Positions 44,469 to 46,198 of a DNA stretch of 46,198 bases are shown here, piece after piece. The notes below the pieces were generated by a model. That model saw only the letters and a list, made by a program, of their open reading frames with translations. It did not search any database and was not told where the DNA came from. Within the stretch, counting starts at the first letter, position 1. Each line of letters opens with the position of its first letter. The stretch is from a virus (taxonomy: Duplodnaviria; Caudoviricetes), in IMG/VR virus record IMGVR_UViG_3300032327_000860, positions 1-46,198 of that record, one strand, 5' to 3'. A program made the translations under genes and the position numbers.

Positions 44469-44788
44469 TGTAGATTACAAATAGAGGTTGCTCCGGGACA
44501 GCTAGGCATGGCCCAATCGATGATCGTGACCTTTTTGGAGCGACTGCTCCGCACGCCAGCCACCCACAGGGCCTCGCTCCAATTGATCTGAGCGTCGCTG
44601 TACGTCGGCAGTGCGCAGTGGCTGCGCAGCATGGTCTTAAGGAAATCCGCGCCACCGCCAGGCACCACGATGCTCACACTGAGCAGCGATCCATCGACCG
44701 TCGCGTTATCGCGCGTAGCTTCCCAATCGGTGCGCCAGATACTGGCGATGAAGCCATCGCCCACATTCACTTCGTGCGCGTGCATCAT
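44465..44788 (-). CDS. Hypothetical protein
   Basis: ATGA-coupled in the early operon. Confidence 0.5.
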   Translation of the reverse strand: MMHAHEVNVGDGFIASIWRTDWEATRDNATVDGSLLSVSIVVPGGGADFLKTMLRSHCALPTYSDAQINWSEALWVAGVRSSRSKKVTIIDWAMPSCPGATSICNLQ

Positions 44789-44988
44789 CGTGCACCTCCC
44801 GCGTATTCATTGACCAAGGTCGCCCTGATCTGGATGTGGTCGGGTATCTCCCACGTCTGCCGCAGGCGAGCGACGGCATTGCTCGCCGAGCTGCCGGTCA
44901 TGATCGCTGTGCAGCGTGCACGGTTGTCTTCCACCCATGCGCAATGCACGCGCACGGTTCCTCTGGTGTTCGTCGTCGTATCCTTCAT
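44785..44988 (-). CDS. Hypothetical protein
   Basis: GGAGG Shine-Dalgarno upstream, ATGA overlap downstream. Confidence 0.55.
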   Translation of the reverse strand: MKDTTTNTRGTVRVHCAWVEDNRARCTAIMTGSSASNAVARLRQTWEIPDHIQIRATLVNEYAGGAR

Positions 44989-45049
44989 CGGTGTCCCTCC
45001 GTTTTTGGTTTATTGTTCCGACTCGGTGATGCCGAGTCGGCGTAAGAAA

Positions 45050-45217
45050 TTAGGCGGCGTCAGACATCGATGTGGTCTGCGGCCGGATCGCGGCGATTGC
45101 CGCCTCGTAAATGACCCTCTCCAGGGATTTTTGCTCCCTCGTCGCCTTGGCGATGAGGGAGTCCAGCTCTTCGTGGGTGAGTGCGTCTGTGAGATTGAGT
45201 TTAATCGTGGCTGTCAT
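45050..45217 (-). CDS. Small Cro-position regulator
   Basis: First gene of the leftward operon, divergent from the repressor; start MTATIKL. Confidence 0.55.
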   Translation of the reverse strand: MTATIKLNLTDALTHEELDSLIAKATREQKSLERVIYEAAIAAIRPQTTSMSDAA

Positions 45218-45236
45218 ATGCGGATAGTCGTGGGCT

Positions 45237-45306
45237 ATTATTTGTCCGAAAAGGATAACGTCAAATAAAAAGTTGTCCTTGTATGACAATGGGAGATAAT
45301 TAGTTT
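45237..45306. promoter_or_regulatory. Immunity region: divergent promoters with two 17-bp operators
   Basis: TTGTCC-N5-GGATAA (45242-45258) and TTGTCC-N5-TGACAA (45273-45289); leftward TTGACG-N16-AATAAT; rightward TTGTCC-N16-GATAAT 6 nt before ATG 45307. Confidence 0.7.
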
Positions 45307-45660
45307 ATGACTCCAGACCAGCTCCGCCAAATCCGTGGCGACCGTACACGGGAAGAATTCGCCGCCTGGCTAGGCGGCACCACCGCCTCCACGCTCAATA
45401 AATGGGAGCGCAGCATCAATCCCATCCCGCCCTGGGTGACGGAAAAGTGCCTCGCCAATGTGCAGGTATCCCTGCCGCTCAAAGAGCTGCAAGCCCTCAT
45501 GGATCACGCTCGGCAGCGTGACCTAAGTTTTGAAACCATGCTGGGAGAGGCACTGCGAAACTACCTTCGGCAGCACACTGCACAGGCAGCCAGCGAAGAT
45601 GAAAAATCGCTTAAACCGCAGTATTGTCCCCGTGCGCAAGAGCACGACAGATCCGAGTGA
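45307..45660 (+). CDS. CI-like XRE repressor
   Basis: TREEFAAWLGGTTASTLNKWERS HTH; divergent from the early operon; no peptidase domain. Confidence 0.8.
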   Translation: MTPDQLRQIRGDRTREEFAAWLGGTTASTLNKWERSINPIPPWVTEKCLANVQVSLPLKELQALMDHARQRDLSFETMLGEALRNYLRQHTAQAASEDEKSLKPQYCPRAQEHDRSE

Positions 45661-45679
45661 CCCAGCAGACTCACAGGGT

Positions 45680-45718
45680 AAAAAAAAAGGCTAGCCACAG
45701 AATGGCTAGCCTTTTTTT
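45680..45718. terminator. Bidirectional rho-independent terminator
   Basis: A9-GGCTAGCCA-CAGAA-TGGCTAGCC-T7 between convergent genes. Confidence 0.9.
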
Positions 45719-45726
45719 GTGCCCGA

Positions 45727-45972
45727 CTACTTGCGTGCTTGCGTCTGCACCACGACTTGCTTGGACCGATACTGATCAGCCTTGATGTAGCTCTCCATCA
45801 TACCCCGCATTTTATGCACATCCCGATGCATCAGATAGACGGCAATAGGCAGGAGAAAAGAGCATGCCAACCAAAAGCAGATTAACAAGACAAATACAAA
45901 CGCAAGCAGAGGCCCGAACGTCTTCTGCAAACCATCCCAATTCAGATAAGCATCTGCCAAGCAATAAATCAT
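45727..45972 (-). CDS. Small membrane protein next to the right att site
   Basis: Long hydrophobic segment LLAFVFVLLICFWLACSFLLPIAVYLM. Confidence 0.6.
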   Translation of the reverse strand: MIYCLADAYLNWDGLQKTFGPLLAFVFVLLICFWLACSFLLPIAVYLMHRDVHKMRGMMESYIKADQYRSKQVVVQTQARK

Positions 45973-46095
45973 GAGGCAGGGTTAGCTACAGCTCTCCAAT
46001 CGTCAAGCCCGTCGAATCGCGTGTGCTAGCACATTAATTCTAGCACACCAGCGCTGCAAGCCTCGCAGAATAAAGAACACAGCGTCAGGCCCTCA

Positions 46096-46198
<103 letters not shown>

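Overview
This window holds an apparently complete ~45.7 kb temperate, long-tailed (siphovirus-like) prophage integrated in a tRNA-Pro(GGG) gene, with one host gene to its left. A 103-bp direct repeat (432-534 / 46096-46198) brackets the element. Read right to left on the minus strand, it carries a CI/Cro-like immunity switch, early genes (MarR, Xis-like, PAPS-reductase family, an HTH protein, ParB), a primase and P-loop helicase, a non-coding ori/cos region, a ParB-methyltransferase, TerS/TerL (lambda gpA type), a ParB + ABC-ATPase-GNAT + ASCH cassette, portal, Clp-type protease, capsid, a GT2 glycosyltransferase, neck and tail genes (with a -1 frameshift chaperone), tail fibres, a lysis module split by promoter-bearing morons, and a tyrosine integrase on the plus strand. 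The main unexplained signal is a recurrent CWTTGACA box 13-19 nt (mostly exactly 13 nt) upstream of nine late-gene start codons, with no -10 box and no Shine-Dalgarno sequence. It suggests an undescribed late-promoter or leaderless-expression system, possibly read by a phage HTH protein. The host is not determinable from this window; the gene style is reminiscent of Verrucomicrobia/PVC phages (low confidence). All product calls come from motif reading and synteny, not database searches.
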